Source: the human T2T-CHM13v2.0 reference genome, Homo sapiens. From it: DNA of 64,000 nucleotides. Position numbers and translations under genes: made by a program. Positions 28,401 through 41,140 of the stretch are shown here, in pieces. How positions within the stretch are numbered: the stretch's first letter is position 1; each line of letters opens with the position of its first letter. The stretch lies in the NCBI RefSeq assembly GCF_009914755.1, contig NC_060945.1; one strand, 5' to 3'. Below the pieces are notes generated by a model. It was not told the origin of the DNA, searched no databases, and saw nothing but the letters and a program-made list of their open reading frames with translations.

Positions 28401-29920
28401 CTATGAGTTGAATGGAAATATCCGAAAGAAATTTCTGGGAATGCTGCTGTCTAGTGTTTATACGAATTCCCGCTTCCAACGAAATCCTCAAAGCAATCCA
28501 AATATCCACTTGCAGAATCCACAAAAAGAGTGTTTCAAAACTGCTCTATCAATAGAAAGGTTCAACTCTTTTAGTTGAGTACACACATCACGAACAAGTT
28601 TCTGAGAATGCTTCTGTCTGGCTTTTATTGGAAGACGTTTCCTTTTCACCAAAGGCATCAAAGCGCTCCAAATGTCCACTTCCAGATTCTTCCAAAAGAG
28701 TGTTTCAAACGTGCTCAAAGTAAGGGAATGTTCAACTCTGTGACTTGAATGCAGATATCACCAAGTAGTTTCTAATAGTGCTTCTGTCTAGATTTCAGAT
28801 GATGATATTCCCGTTTCCAACGAAATCGTTAGAGCTAAGCAAATATCCAGTTACAGTTTCTACCAAAAGGGTGTTTCCAAATTGCTGCATCAAAAGAAAG
28901 GTTCAACTCTGTTAGTTGAGGACACACATCACAAAGAAGTTTGTGAGAATGCTTCTGTCTAGATTTTGTATGACGATATTCCCTTTTCCAACGATATCGT
29001 TAAAGCAATCTAAATATCAATTTGCAGAATCCACAAAAATAGAGTTTCAAAGCTGCTCTGTAAAAAGAAAGGTTCCACTCTGTTAGCTGAGTACACACAT
29101 CACAAACTTGTTTCTGAGAATCCTTCTGTCTCGTTTTTATGGGAAGATATTTACTTTTCCACCGTAGGCATCAAAGCGCTCCAAATGTCCACATCCAGAT
29201 ACTCCAGAAAGAGTGTTTCAAACCTGCTCTATGAAAGGCAATCTTCAACTCTATGAGTTGAATGCAGACATCAGAAAGAAATTTCTGAGAATGCTGCTGT
29301 CTACCTTTTATTTGAATTCCCGCTTCCAACGAAATCCTCCAAGCTATCCAAATATCCACCTGCATTTTCCACAAAAAGAGTGTTTCAAAACTGCTCTATC
29401 AATAGAAATGTTCAACTCCTTTGGCTGGGTACACACATCACAAACAAGTTTCTGAGCATGCTTCTGTCTAGTTTTTATGGGAAGACATTCCCTTTTTCAC
29501 CAAAGGCATCAAAGCGCTCCAAATGTCCACTTCCAGACACTACAAAAAGAGTGTTTCAAACGTGCTCTAAGAAAACGAATGTTCAACTCTGTGACTTGAA
29601 TGCAGATATCACAGAGTAGTTTCTGAGAGGGCTTCTGTCTAGATTTTAGATGATGATATTCCCGTTTCCAACGAAATCATTAGAGCTATCCAAATATCCA
29701 CTTACAGTTTCTACAAAAAGAGTGTTTCCAAACTGCTGCATCAAAAGAGAGGTTCCACTCTGTTAGCTGAGTACACACATCACAAACTTGTTTCTCAGAA
29801 TCCTTCTGTCTCGTTTTTATGGGAAGATATTTACTTTTTCACCGTAGGCATCAAAGCGCTCCAAATGTCCACATCCAGATACTCCAGAAAGAGTGTTTCA
29901 AACCTGCTCTATGAAAGGGA
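7481..29920. repeat. Block of 12 HORs alternating between two haplotypes (3740-bp super-period), with a 7480-bp period in its right part
   Basis: Odd units carry gactgtttca, ttagctgggt, ttagccga and taaaaataaa. Even units carry gatttcag, agctaagc, aaaggcaatc, gagcatg and gaaaacg. The rare marker tcaacgcgtt occurs at 13361, 20841 and 28321. Confidence 0.88.
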
Positions 29921-31790
29921 ATCTTCAACTCTATGAGTTGAATGCAGACATCAGAAAGAAATTTCTGAGAATGCTGCTGTCTACCTTTTATTTGAATTCC
30001 CGCTTCCAACGAAATCCTCCAAGCTATCCAAATATCCACTTGCAGATTCCACAAAAAGAGTGTTTCAAAACTGCTCTCTATCAATGGCAAAGTTCAACTC
30101 TGTTAGTTGAGGACACATATCACCAACAAGTTTCTGAGAATGCTTCTGTCTATTTTTTATGGGAAGATATTTCCTTTTTCACCGTAGGCGTCAAGGCGAT
30201 CGAAATGTCCACTTCCACAAACTACAAAAAGAGTGTTTCAAACCTGCTCTATGAAAGGCCATGTTCATCTCTATGAGTTGAATGGAAATATCCGAAAGAA
30301 ATTTCTGGGAATGCTGCTGTCTAGTGTTTATACGAATTCCCGCTTCCAACGAAATCCTCAAAGCAATCCAAATATCCACTTGCAGAATCCACAAAAAGAG
30401 TGTTTCAAAACTGCTCTATCAATAGAAAGGTTCAACTCTTTTAGTTGAGTACACACATCACGAACAAGTTTCTGAGAATGCTTCTGTCTGGCTTTTATTG
30501 GAAGACGTTTCCTTTTCAACAAAGGCATCAAAGCGCTCCAAATGTCCACTTCCAGATTCTTCCAAAAGAGTGTTTCAAACGTGCTCGAAGTAAGGGAATG
30601 TTCAACTCTGTGACTTGAATGCAGATATCATCAAGTAGTTTCTAATAGTGCTTCTGTCTACATTTTAGATGATGATATTCCCGTTTCCAACGAAATCGTT
30701 AGAGCTATCCAAATATCCAGTTACAGTTTCTACCAAAAGGGTGTTTCCAAATTGCTGCATCAAAAGAAAGGTTCAACTCTGTTAGTTGAGGACACACATC
30801 ACAAAGAAGTTTGTGAGAATGCTTCTGTCTAGATTTTGTATGACGATATTCCCTTTTCCAACGATATCGTTAAAGCAATCTAAATATCAATTTGCAGAAT
30901 CCACAAAAATAGAGTTTCAAAGCTGCTCTGTAAAAAGAAAGGTTCCACTCTGTTAGCTGAGTACACACATCACAAACTTGTTTCTGAGAATCCTTCTGTC
31001 TCGTTTTTATGGGAAGATATTTACTTTTCCACCGTAGGCATCAAAGCGCTCCAAATGTCCACATCCAGATACTCCAGAACGAGTGTTTCAAACCTGCTCT
31101 ATGAAAGGGAATCTTCAACTCTATGAGTTGAATGCAGACATCAGAAAGAAATTTCTGAGAATGCTGCTGTCTACCTTTTATTTGAATTCCCGCTTCCAAC
31201 GAAATCCTCCAAGCTATCCAAATATCCACCTGCATTTTCCACAACAAGAGTGTTTCAAAACTGCTCTATCAATAGAAATGTTCAACTCCTTTGGCTGGGT
31301 ACACACATCACAAACAAGTTTCTGAGCATGCTTCTGTCTAGTTTTTATGGGAAGACATTCCCTTTTTCACCAAAGGCATCAAAGCGCTCCAAATGTCCAC
31401 TTCCAGACACTACAAAAAGAGTGTTTCAAACGTGCTCTAAGAAAACGAATGTTCAACTCTGTGACTTGAATGCAGATATCACAGAGTAGTTTCTGAGAGG
31501 GCTTCTGTCTAGATTTTAGATGATGATATTCCCGTTTCCAACGAAATCATTAGAGCTATCCAAATATCCACTTACAGTTTCTACAAAAAGAGTGTTTCCA
31601 AACTGCTGCATCAAAAGAGAGGTTCCACTCTGTTAGCTGAGTACACACATCACAAACTTGTTTCTCAGAATCCTTCTGTCTCGTTTTTATGGGAAGATAT
31701 TTACTTTTTCACCGTAGGCATCAAAGCGCTCCAAATGTCCACATCCAGATACTCCAGAAAGAGTGTTTCAAACCTGCTCTATGAAAGGGA

Positions 31791-34700
31791 ATCTTCAACT
31801 CTATGAGTTGAATGCAGACATCAGAAAGAAATTTCTGAGAATGCTGCTGTCTACCTTTTATTTGAATTCCCGCTTCCAACGAAATCCTCCAAGCTATCCA
31901 AATATCCACTTGCAGATTCCACAAAAAGAGTGTTTCAAAACTGCTCTCTATCAATGGCAAAGTTCAACTCTGTTAGTTGAGGACACATATCACCAACAAG
32001 TTTCTGAGAATGCTTCTGTCTATTTTTTATGGGAAGATATTTCCTTTTTCACCGTAGGCGTCAAGGCGATCGAAATGTCCACTTCCACAAACTACAAAAA
32101 GAGTGTTTCAAACCTGCTCTATGAAAGGCGATGTTCATCTCTATGAGTTGAATGGAAATATCCGAAAGAAATTTCTGGGAATGCTGCTGTCTAGTGTTTA
32201 TACGAATTCCCGCTTCCAACGAAATCCTCAAAGCAATCCAAATATCCACTTGCAGAATCCACAAAAAGAGTGTTTCAAAACTGCTCTATCAATAGAAAGG
32301 TTCAACTCTTTTAGTTGAGTACACACATCACGAACAAGTTTCTGAGAATGCTTCTGTCTGGCTTTTATTGGAAGACGTTTCCTTTTCACCAAAGGCATCA
32401 AAGCGCTCCAAATGTCCACTTCCAGATTCTTCCAAAAGAGTGTTTCAAACGTGCTCAAAGTAAGGGAATGTTCAACTCTGTGACTTGAATGCAGATATCA
32501 CCAAGTAGTTTCTAATAGTGCTTCTGTCTAGATTTTAGATGATGATATTCCCGTTTCCAACGAAATCGTTAGAGCTATCCAAATATCCACTTACAGTTTC
32601 TACAAAAAGAGTGTTTCCAAACTGCTGCATCAAAAGAAAGGTTCAACTCTGTTAGTTGAGGACACACATCACAAAGAAGTTTGTGAGAATGCTTCTGTCT
32701 AGATTTTGTATGACGATATTCCCTTTTCCAACGATATCGTTAAAGCAATCTAAATATCAATTTGCAGAATCCACAAAAATAGAGTTTCAAAGCTGCTCTG
32801 TAAAAATAAAAGTTCCACTCTGTTAGCTGAGTACACACATCACAAACTTGTTTCTGAGAATCCTTCTGTCTCGTTTTTATGGGAAGATATTTACTTTTTC
32901 ACCGTAGGCATCAAAGCGCTCCAAATGTCCACATCCAGATACTCCAGAAAGACTGTTTCAAACCTGCTCTATGAAAGGGAATCTTCAACTCTATGAGTTG
33001 AATGCAGACATCAGAAAGAAATTTCTGAGAATGCTGCTGTCTACCTTTTATTTGAATTCCCGCTTCCAACGAAATCCTCCAAGCTATCCAAATATCCACC
33101 TGCATTTTCCACAAAAAGAGTGTTTCAAAACTGCTCTATCAATAGAAATGTTCAACTCCTTTGGCTGGGTACACACATCACAAACAAGTTTCTGAGAATG
33201 CTTCTGTCTAGTTTTTATGGGAAGACGTTCCCTTTTTCACCAAAGGCATCAAAGCGCTCCAAATGTCCACTTCCAGACACTACAAAAAGAGTGTTTCAAA
33301 CGTGCTCTAAGAAAGCGAATGTTCAACTCTGTGACTTGAATGCAGATATCACAAAGTAGTTTCTGAGAGTGCTTCTGTCTAGATTTTAGACGATGATATT
33401 CCCGTTTCCAACGAAATCATTAGAGCTATCCAAATATCCACTTACAGTTTCTACAAAAAGAGTGTTTCCAAACTGCTGCATCAAAAGAGAGGTTCCACTC
33501 TGTTAGCTGAGTACACACATCACAAACTTGTTTCTCAGAATCCTTCTGTCTCGTTTTTATGGGAAGATATTTACTTTTTCACCGTAGGCATCAAAGCGCT
33601 CCAAATGTCCACATCCAGATAGTACAGAAAGAGTTTTTCAAACCTGCTCTATGAAAGGGAATCTTCAACTCTATGAGTTGAATGCAGACATCAGAAAGAA
33701 ATTTCTGAGAATGCTGCTGTCTACCTTTTATTTGAATTCCCGCTTCCAACGAAATCCTCCAAGCTATCCAAATATCCACTTGCAGATTCCACAAAAAGAG
33801 TGTTTCAAAACTGCTCTCTATCAATGGCAAAGTTCAACTCTGTTAGTTGAGGACACATATCACCAACAAGTTTCTGAGAATGCTTCTGTCTATTTTTTAT
33901 GGGAAGATATTTCCTTTTTCACCGTAGGCGTCAAGGCGATCGAAATGTCCACTTCCACAAACTACAAAAAGAGTGTTTCAAACCTGCTCTATGAAAGGCG
34001 ATGTTCATCTCTATGAGTTGAATGGAAATATCCGAAAGAAATTTCTGGGAATGCTGCTGTCTAGTGTTTATACGAATTCCCGCTTCCAACGAAATCCTCA
34101 AAGCAATCCAAATATCCACTTGCAGAATCCACAAAAAGAGTGTTTCAAAACTGCTCTATCAATAGAAAGGTTCAACTCTTTTAGTTGAGTACACACATCA
34201 CGAACAAGTTTCTGAGAATGCTTCTGTCTGGCTTTTATTGGAAGACGTTTCCTTTTCACCAAAGGCATCAAAGCGCTCCAAATGTCCACTTCCAGATTCT
34301 TCCAAAAGAGTGTTTCAAACGTGCTCAAAGTAAGGGAATGTTCAACTCTGTGACTTGAATGCAGATATCACCAAGTAGTTTCTAATAGTGCTTCTGTCTA
34401 GATTTTAGATGATGATATTCCCGTTTCCAACGAAATCGTTAGAGCTATCCAAATATCCACTTACAGTTTCTACAAAAAGAGTGTTTCCAAACTGCTGCAT
34501 CAAAAGAAAGGTTCAACTCTGTTAGTTGAGGACACACATCACAAAGAAGTTTGTGAGAATGCTTCTGTCTAGATTTTGTATGACGATATTCCCTTTTCCA
34601 ACGATATCGTTAAAGCAATCTAAATATCAATTTGCAGAATCCACAAAAATAGAGTTTCAAAGCTGCTCTGTAAAAATAAAAGTTCCACTCTGTTAGCTGA

Positions 34701-37700
34701 GTACACACATCACAAACTTGTTTCTGAGAATCCTTCTGTCTCGTTTTTATGGGAAGATATTTACTTTTTCACCGTAGGCATCAAAGCGCTCCAAATGTCC
34801 ACATCCAGATACTCCAGAAAGACTGTTTCAAACCTGCTCTATGAAAGGGAATCTTCAACTCTATGAGTTGAATGCAGACATCAGAAAGAAATTTCTGAGA
34901 ATGCTGCTGTCTACCTTTTATTTGAATTCCCGCTTCCAACGAAATCCTCCAAGCTATCCAAATATCCACCTGCATTTTCCACAAAAAGAGTGTTTCAAAA
35001 CTGCTCTATCAATAGAAATGTTCAACTCCTTTGGCTGGGTACACACATCACAAACAAGTTTCTGAGAATGCTTCTGTCTAGTTTTTATGGGAAGACGTTC
35101 CCTTTTTCACCAAAGGCATCAAAGCGCTCCAAATGTCCACTTCCAGACACTACAAAAAGAGTGTTTCAAACGTGCTCTAAGAAAGCGAATGTTCAACTCT
35201 GTGACTTGAATGCAGATATCACAAAGTAGTTTCTGAGAGTGCTTCTGTCTAGATTTTAGACGATGATATTCCCGTTTCCAACGAAATCATTAGAGCTATC
35301 CAAATATCCACTTACAGTTTCTACAAAAAGAGTGTTTCCAAACTGCTGCATCAAAAGAGAGGTTCCACTCTGTTAGCTGAGTACACACATCACAAACTTG
35401 TTTCTCAGAATCCTTCTGTCTCGTTTTTATGGGAAGATATTTACTTTTTCACCGTAGGCATCAAAGCGCTCCAAATGTCCACATCCAGATAGTACAGAAA
35501 GAGTTTTTCAAACCTGCTCTATGAAAGGGAATCTTCAACTCTATGAGTTGAATGCAGACATCAGAAAGAAATTTCTGAGAATGCTGCTGTCTACCTTTTA
35601 TTTGAATTCCCGCTTCCAACGAAATCCTCCAAGCTATCCAAATATCCACTTGCAGATTCCACAAAAAGAGTGTTTCAAAACTGCTCTCTATCAATGGCAA
35701 AGTTCAACTCTGTTAGTTGAGGACACATATCACCAACAAGTTTCTGAGAATGCTTCTGTCTATTTTTTATGGGAAGATATTTCCTTTTTCACCGTAGGCG
35801 TCAAGGCGATCGAAATGTCCACTTCCACAAACTACAAAAAGAGTGTTTCAAACCTGCTCTATGAAAGGCCATGTTCATCTCTATGAGTTGAATGGAAATA
35901 TCCGAAAGAAATTTCTGGGAATGCTGCTGTCTAGTGTTTATACGAATTCCCGCTTCCAACGAAATCCTCAAAGCAATCCAAATATCCACTTGCAGAATCC
36001 ACAAAAAGAGTGTTTCAAAACTGCTCTATCAATAGAAAGGTTCAACTCTTTTAGTTGAGTACACACATCACGAACAAGTTTCTGAGAATGCTTCTGTCTG
36101 GCTTTTATTGGAAGACGTTTCCTTTTCACCAAAGGCATCAAAGCGCTCCAAATGTCCACTTCCAGATTCTTCCAAAAGAGTGTTTCAAACGTGCTCAAAG
36201 TAAGGGAATGTTCAACTCTGTGACTTGAATGCAGATATCACCAAGTAGTTTCTAATAGTGCTTCTGTCTAGATTTTAGATGATGATATTCCCGTTTCCAA
36301 CGAAATCGTTAGAGCTATCCAAATATCCACTTACAGTTTCTACAAAAAGAGTGTTTCCAAACTGCTGCATCAAAAGAAAGGTTCAACTCTGTTAGTTGAG
36401 GACACACATCACAAAGAAGTTTGTGAGAATGCTTCTGTCTAGATTTTGTATGACGATATTCCCTTTTCCAACGATATCGTTAAAGCAATCTAAATATCAA
36501 TTTGCAGAATCCACAAAAATAGAGTTTCAAAGCTGCTCTGTAAAAATAAAAGTTCCACTCTGTTAGCTGAGTACACACATCACAAACTTGTTTCTGAGAA
36601 TCCTTCTGTCTCGTTTTTATGGGAAGATATTTACTTTTTCACCGTAGGCATCAAAGCGCTCCAAATGTCCACATCCAGATACTCCAGAAAGACTGTTTCA
36701 AACCTGCTCTATGAAAGGGAATCTTCAACTCTATGAGTTGAATGCAGACATCAGAAAGAAATTTCTGAGAATGCTGCTGTCTACCTTTTATTTGAATTCC
36801 CGCTTCCAACGAAATCCTCCAAGCTATCCAAATATCCACCTGCATTTTCCACAAAAAGAGTGTTTCAAAACTGCTCTATCAATAGAAATGTTCAACTCCT
36901 TTGGCTGGGTACACACATCACAAACAAGTTTCTGAGAATGCTTCTGTCTAGTTTTTATGGGAAGACGTTCCCTTTTTCACCAAAGGCATCAAAGCGCTCC
37001 AAATGTCCACTTCCAGACACTACAAAAAGAGTGTTTCAAACGTGCTCTAAGAAAGCGAATGTTCAACTCTGTGACTTGAATGCAGATATCACAAAGTAGT
37101 TTCTGAGAGTGCTTCTGTCTAGATTTTAGACGATGATATTCCCGTTTCCAACGAAATCATTAGAGCTATCCAAATATCCACTTACAGTTTCTACAAAAAG
37201 AGTGTTTCCAAACTGCTGCATCAAAAGAGAGGTTCCACTCTGTTAGCTGAGTACACACATCACAAACTTGTTTCTCAGAATCCTTCTGTCTCGTTTTTAT
37301 GGGAAGATATTTACTTTTTCACCGTAGGCATCAAAGCGCTCCAAATGTCCACATCCAGATAGTACAGAAAGAGTTTTTCAAACCTGCTCTATGAAAGGGA
37401 ATCTTCAACTCTATGAGTTGAATGCAGACATCAGAAAGAAATTTCTGAGAATGCTGCTGTCTACCTTTTATTTGAATTCCCGCTTCCAACGAAATCCTCC
37501 AAGCTATCCAAATATCCACTTGCAGATTCCACAAAAAGAGTGTTTCAAAACTGCTCTCTATCAATGGCAAAGTTCAACTCTGTTAGTTGAGGACACATAT
37601 CACCAACAAGTTTCTGAGAATGCTTCTGTCTATTTTTTATGGGAAGATATTTCCTTTTTCACCGTAGGCGTCAAGGCGATCGAAATGTCCACTTCCACAA

Positions 37701-40700
37701 ACTACAAAAAGAGTGTTTCAAACCTGCTCTATGAAAGGCGATGTTCATCTCTATGAGTTGAATGGAAATATCCGAAAGAAATTTCTGGGAATGCTGCTGT
37801 CTAGTGTTTATACGAATTCCCGCTTCCAACGAAATCCTCAAAGCAATCCAAATATCCACTTGCAGAATCCACAAAAAGAGTGTTTCAAAACTGCTCTATC
37901 AATAGAAAGGTTCAACTCTTTTAGTTGAGTACACACATCACGAACAAGTTTCTGAGAATGCTTCTGTCTGGCTTTTATTGGAAGACGTTTCCTTTTCACC
38001 AAAGGCATCAAAGCGCTCCAAATGTCCACTTCCAGATTCTTCCAAAAGAGTGTTTCAAACGTGCTCAAAGTAAGGGAATGTTCAACTCTGTGACTTGAAT
38101 GCAGATATCACCAAGTAGTTTCTAATAGTGCTTCTGTCTAGATTTTAGATGATGATATTCCCGTTTCCAACGAAATCGTTAGAGCTATCCAAATATCCAC
38201 TTACAGTTTCTACAAAAAGAGTGTTTCCAAACTGCTGCATCAAAAGAAAGGTTCAACTCTGTTAGTTGAGGACACACATCACAAAGAAGTTTGTGAGAAT
38301 GCTTCTGTCTAGATTTTGTATGACGATATTCCCTTTTCCAACGATATCGTTAAAGCAATCTAAATATCAATTTGCAGAATCCACAAAAATAGAGTTTCAA
38401 AGCTGCTCTGTAAAAATAAAAGTTCCACTCTGTTAGCTGAGTACACACATCACAAACTTGTTTCTGAGAATCCTTCTGTCTCGTTTTTATGGGAAGATAT
38501 TTACTTTTTCACCGTAGGCATCAAAGCGCTCCAAATGTCCACATCCAGATACTCCAGAAAGACTGTTTCAAACCTGCTCTATGAAAGGGAATCTTCAACT
38601 CTATGAGTTGAATGCAGACATCAGAAAGAAATTTCTGAGAATGCTGCTGTCTACCTTTTATTTGAATTCCCGCTTCCAACGAAATCCTCCAAGCTATCCA
38701 AATATCCACCTGCATTTTCCACAAAAAGAGTGTTTCAAAACTGCTCTATCAATAGAAATGTTCAACTCCTTTGGCTGGGTACACACATCACAAACAAGTT
38801 TCTGAGAATGCTTCTGTCTAGTTTTTATGGGAAGACGTTCCCTTTTTCACCAAAGGCATCAAAGCGCTCCAAATGTCCACTTCCAGACACTACAAAAAGA
38901 GTGTTTCAAACGTGCTCTAAGAAAGCGAATGTTCAACTCTGTGACTTGAATGCAGATATCACAAAGTAGTTTCTGAGAGTGCTTCTGTCTAGATTTTAGA
39001 CGATGATATTCCCGTTTCCAACGAAATCATTAGAGCTATCCAAATATCCACTTACAGTTTCTACAAAAAGAGTGTTTCCAAACTGCTGCATCAAAAGAGA
39101 GGTTCCACTCTGTTAGCTGAGTACACACATCACAAACTTGTTTCTCAGAATCCTTCTGTCTCGTTTTTATGGGAAGATATTTACTTTTTCACCGTAGGCA
39201 TCAAAGCGCTCCAAATGTCCACATCCAGATAGTACAGAAAGAGTTTTTCAAACCTGCTCTATGAAAGGGAATCTTCAACTCTATGAGTTGAATGCAGACA
39301 TCAGAAAGAAATTTCTGAGAATGCTGCTGTCTACCTTTTATTTGAATTCCCGCTTCCAACGAAATCCTCCAAGCTATCCAAATATCCACTTGCAGATTCC
39401 ACAAAAAGAGTGTTTCAAAACTGCTCTCTATCAATGGCAAAGTTCAACTCTGTTAGTTGAGGACACATATCACCAACAAGTTTCTGAGAATGCTTCTGTC
39501 TATTTTTTATGGGAAGATATTTCCTTTTTCACCGTAGGCGTCAAGGCGATCGAAATGTCCACTTCCACAAACTACAAAAAGAGTGTTTCAAACCTGCTCT
39601 ATGAAAGGCGATGTTCATCTCTATGAGTTGAATGGAAATATCCGAAAGAAATTTCTGGGAATGCTGCTGTCTAGTGTTTATACGAATTCCCGCTTCCAAC
39701 GAAATCCTCAAAGCAATCCAAATATCCACTTGCAGAATCCACAAAAAGAGTGTTTCAAAACTGCTCTATCAATAGAAAGGTTCAACTCTTTTAGTTGAGT
39801 ACACACATCACGAACAAGTTTCTGAGAATGCTTCTGTCTGGCTTTTATTGGAAGACGTTTCCTTTTCACCAAAGGCATCAAAGCGCTCCAAATGTCCACT
39901 TCCAGATTCTTCCAAAAGAGTGTTTCAAACGTGCTCAAAGTAAGGGAATGTTCAACTCTGTGACTTGAATGCAGATATCACCAAGTAGTTTCTAATAGTG
40001 CTTCTGTCTAGATTTTAGATGATGATATTCCCGTTTCCAACGAAATCGTTAGAGCTATCCAAATATCCACTTACAGTTTCTACAAAAAGAGTGTTTCCAA
40101 ACTGCTGCATCAAAAGAAAGGTTCAACTCTGTTAGTTGAGGACACACATCACAAAGAAGTTTGTGAGAATGCTTCTGTCTAGATTTTGTATGACGATATT
40201 CCCTTTTCCAACGATATCGTTAAAGCAATCTAAATATCAATTTGCAGAATCCACAAAAATAGAGTTTCAAAGCTGCTCTGTAAAAATAAAAGTTCCACTC
40301 TGTTAGCTGAGTACACACATCACAAACTTGTTTCTGAGAATCCTTCTGTCTCGTTTTTATGGGAAGATATTTACTTTTTCACCGTAGGCATCAAAGCGCT
40401 CCAAATGTCCACATCCAGATACTCCAGAAAGACTGTTTCAAACCTGCTCTATGAAAGGGAATCTTCAACTCTATGAGTTGAATGCAGACATCAGAAAGAA
40501 ATTTCTGAGAATGCTGCTGTCTACCTTTTATTTGAATTCCCGCTTCCAACGAAATCCTCCAAGCTATCCAAATATCCACCTGCATTTTCCACAAAAAGAG
40601 TGTTTCAAAACTGCTCTATCAATAGAAATGTTCAACTCCTTTGGCTGGGTACACACATCACAAACAAGTTTCTGAGAATGCTTCTGTCTAGTTTTTATGG

Positions 40701-41140
40701 GAAGACGTTCCCTTTTTCACCAAAGGCATCAAAGCGCTCCAAATGTCCACTTCCAGACACTACAAAAAGAGTGTTTCAAACGTGCTCTAAGAAAGCGAAT
40801 GTTCAACTCTGTGACTTGAATGCAGATATCACAAAGTAGTTTCTGAGAGTGCTTCTGTCTAGATTTTAGACGATGATATTCCCGTTTCCAACGAAATCAT
40901 TAGAGCTATCCAAATATCCACTTACAGTTTCTACAAAAAGAGTGTTTCCAAACTGCTGCATCAAAAGAGAGGTTCCACTCTGTTAGCTGAGTACACACAT
41001 CACAAACTTGTTTCTCAGAATCCTTCTGTCTCGTTTTTATGGGAAGATATTTACTTTTTCACCGTAGGCATCAAAGCGCTCCAAATGTCCACATCCAGAT
41101 AGTACAGAAAGAGTTTTTCAAACCTGCTCTATGAAAGGGA
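31791..41140. repeat. Run of five near-identical HORs of a single haplotype
   Basis: All five carry aaatatccacttacag, taaaaataaa, gactgtttca, ttggctgggt, gagagtgc, agacgatg and agtacagaaagagttt. The only difference I saw is ggcg vs ggcc in the third unit. Confidence 0.85.
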
